A DNA stretch of 64,000 nt from an uncultured Thermoleophilia bacterium. Its GTDB lineage: Bacteria > Actinomycetota > Thermoleophilia > UBA2241. Positions 63,659 through 64,000 of this stretch are shown here, piece after piece (within the stretch, counting starts at the first letter, position 1; each line of letters starts with the position of its first letter). Location: NCBI GenBank assembly GCA_903927755.1, contig CAIYOD010000139.1, positions 185 to 64,184 of the forward strand. Direction: 5' to 3'. The position numbers and the translations under genes were made by a program. The notes beneath the pieces were generated by a model. It had not been told where the DNA came from and did no database searches. It worked only from the letters and a program-made list of their open reading frames with translations.

Positions 63659-64000
63659 ATGGAAGACGCGGTCGAACAGCTGGACAACCTGGCGCGGAGC
63701 GTCGGCGAGTGCACCCGCTGCGACGAGCTCGTGGCGAGCCGGCTCCGCGCCGTACCCGGAGGCGGCCATCCTCACTGCACGGTGATGGTCGTCTCACTCG
63801 CGTCGGACCCCACCGACGAGGAGGACGGCGGGCTCGCCGGCGAGTCGCTGCTCGCCGACCTCGCCGAGTTCATGCCCGCCCTCGCGAAGAGCCGTGACCA
63901 GGTGTACGTCACGGCTCTGGCCAAGTGCGTGCCGCGCAGCGACGGCGCCGTGCGCGACCCTCTCCCCCAGGAGCTCGAGAACTGCTTCCCGTACCTGTCC
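63659..64000 (+). CDS. Uracil-DNA glycosylase superfamily protein (family 4-like); the 3' end is beyond the window
   Basis: AAGGAG SD 7 nt upstream of the ATG. SVGECTRCDELVASRLRAVPGGGHPH...VMVVSLASDP...YVTALAKCVP follows the family-4 UDG layout. The GE(A/S)PG motif is divergent. Confidence 0.65.
   Translation, partial: MEDAVEQLDNLARSVGECTRCDELVASRLRAVPGGGHPHCTVMVVSLASDPTDEEDGGLAGESLLADLAEFMPALAKSRDQVYVTALAKCVPRSDGAVRDPLPQELENCFPYLS

Overview
GC-rich, densely coding bacterial chromosomal segment. By eye it is about two-thirds G+C, with a strong G/C third-codon-position bias. Many adjacent genes overlap by 1-4 nt and many start with GTG. I found no rRNA, tRNA, CRISPR array, transposase or integrase. 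The lineage cannot be fixed from sequence alone; Pro/Thr linkers and high GC fit an actinobacterium-like or similar Gram-positive-type organism (inference only).

Five blocks:
1. 1-28.9 kb: a cell-surface glycan locus. It holds two tandem paralogous secreted beta-helix proteins, a Wzz/tyrosine-kinase, several glycosyltransferases, a Wzm/Wzt ABC exporter, a nonulosonic-acid (sialic/legionaminic-like) sugar module and a priming phosphoglycosyl transferase.
2. 30.0-44.8 kb: a complex I (nuo) operon on the minus strand with an atypical electron-input module.
3. 45.0-53.7 kb: envelope genes (tatA, tatC, class A PBP, a clan GH-A glycoside hydrolase, an O-antigen-ligase-like/TPR membrane protein).
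4. 53.8-61.7 kb: anaerobe-type oxidoreductases (class II aldolase, tungsten-type aldehyde:ferredoxin oxidoreductase, GNAT, and iorA-iorB-ACT-paaK).
5. 61.9-64.0 kb: a degenerate GGDEF membrane protein, a Roadblock/LC7 pair and a partial uracil-DNA-glycosylase-family gene.

The most unusual feature is in the nuo operon. No free-standing nuoI lies between nuoH and nuoJ. Its two [4Fe-4S] halves are instead fused in frame to the first and last proteins of a three-gene inserted module. That module is NuoE-like, then HydB/StnC-type NuoF-like, then a NuoG-N-terminal domain carrying a GltD-type NADPH/FAD insertion. It resembles the soluble Bfu-family (HydABC / Sporomusa-type Nfn, StnABC) flavin enzymes, here apparently hard-wired onto an 11-subunit complex I core. 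All functional calls come from motif recognition by eye; no database search was run.
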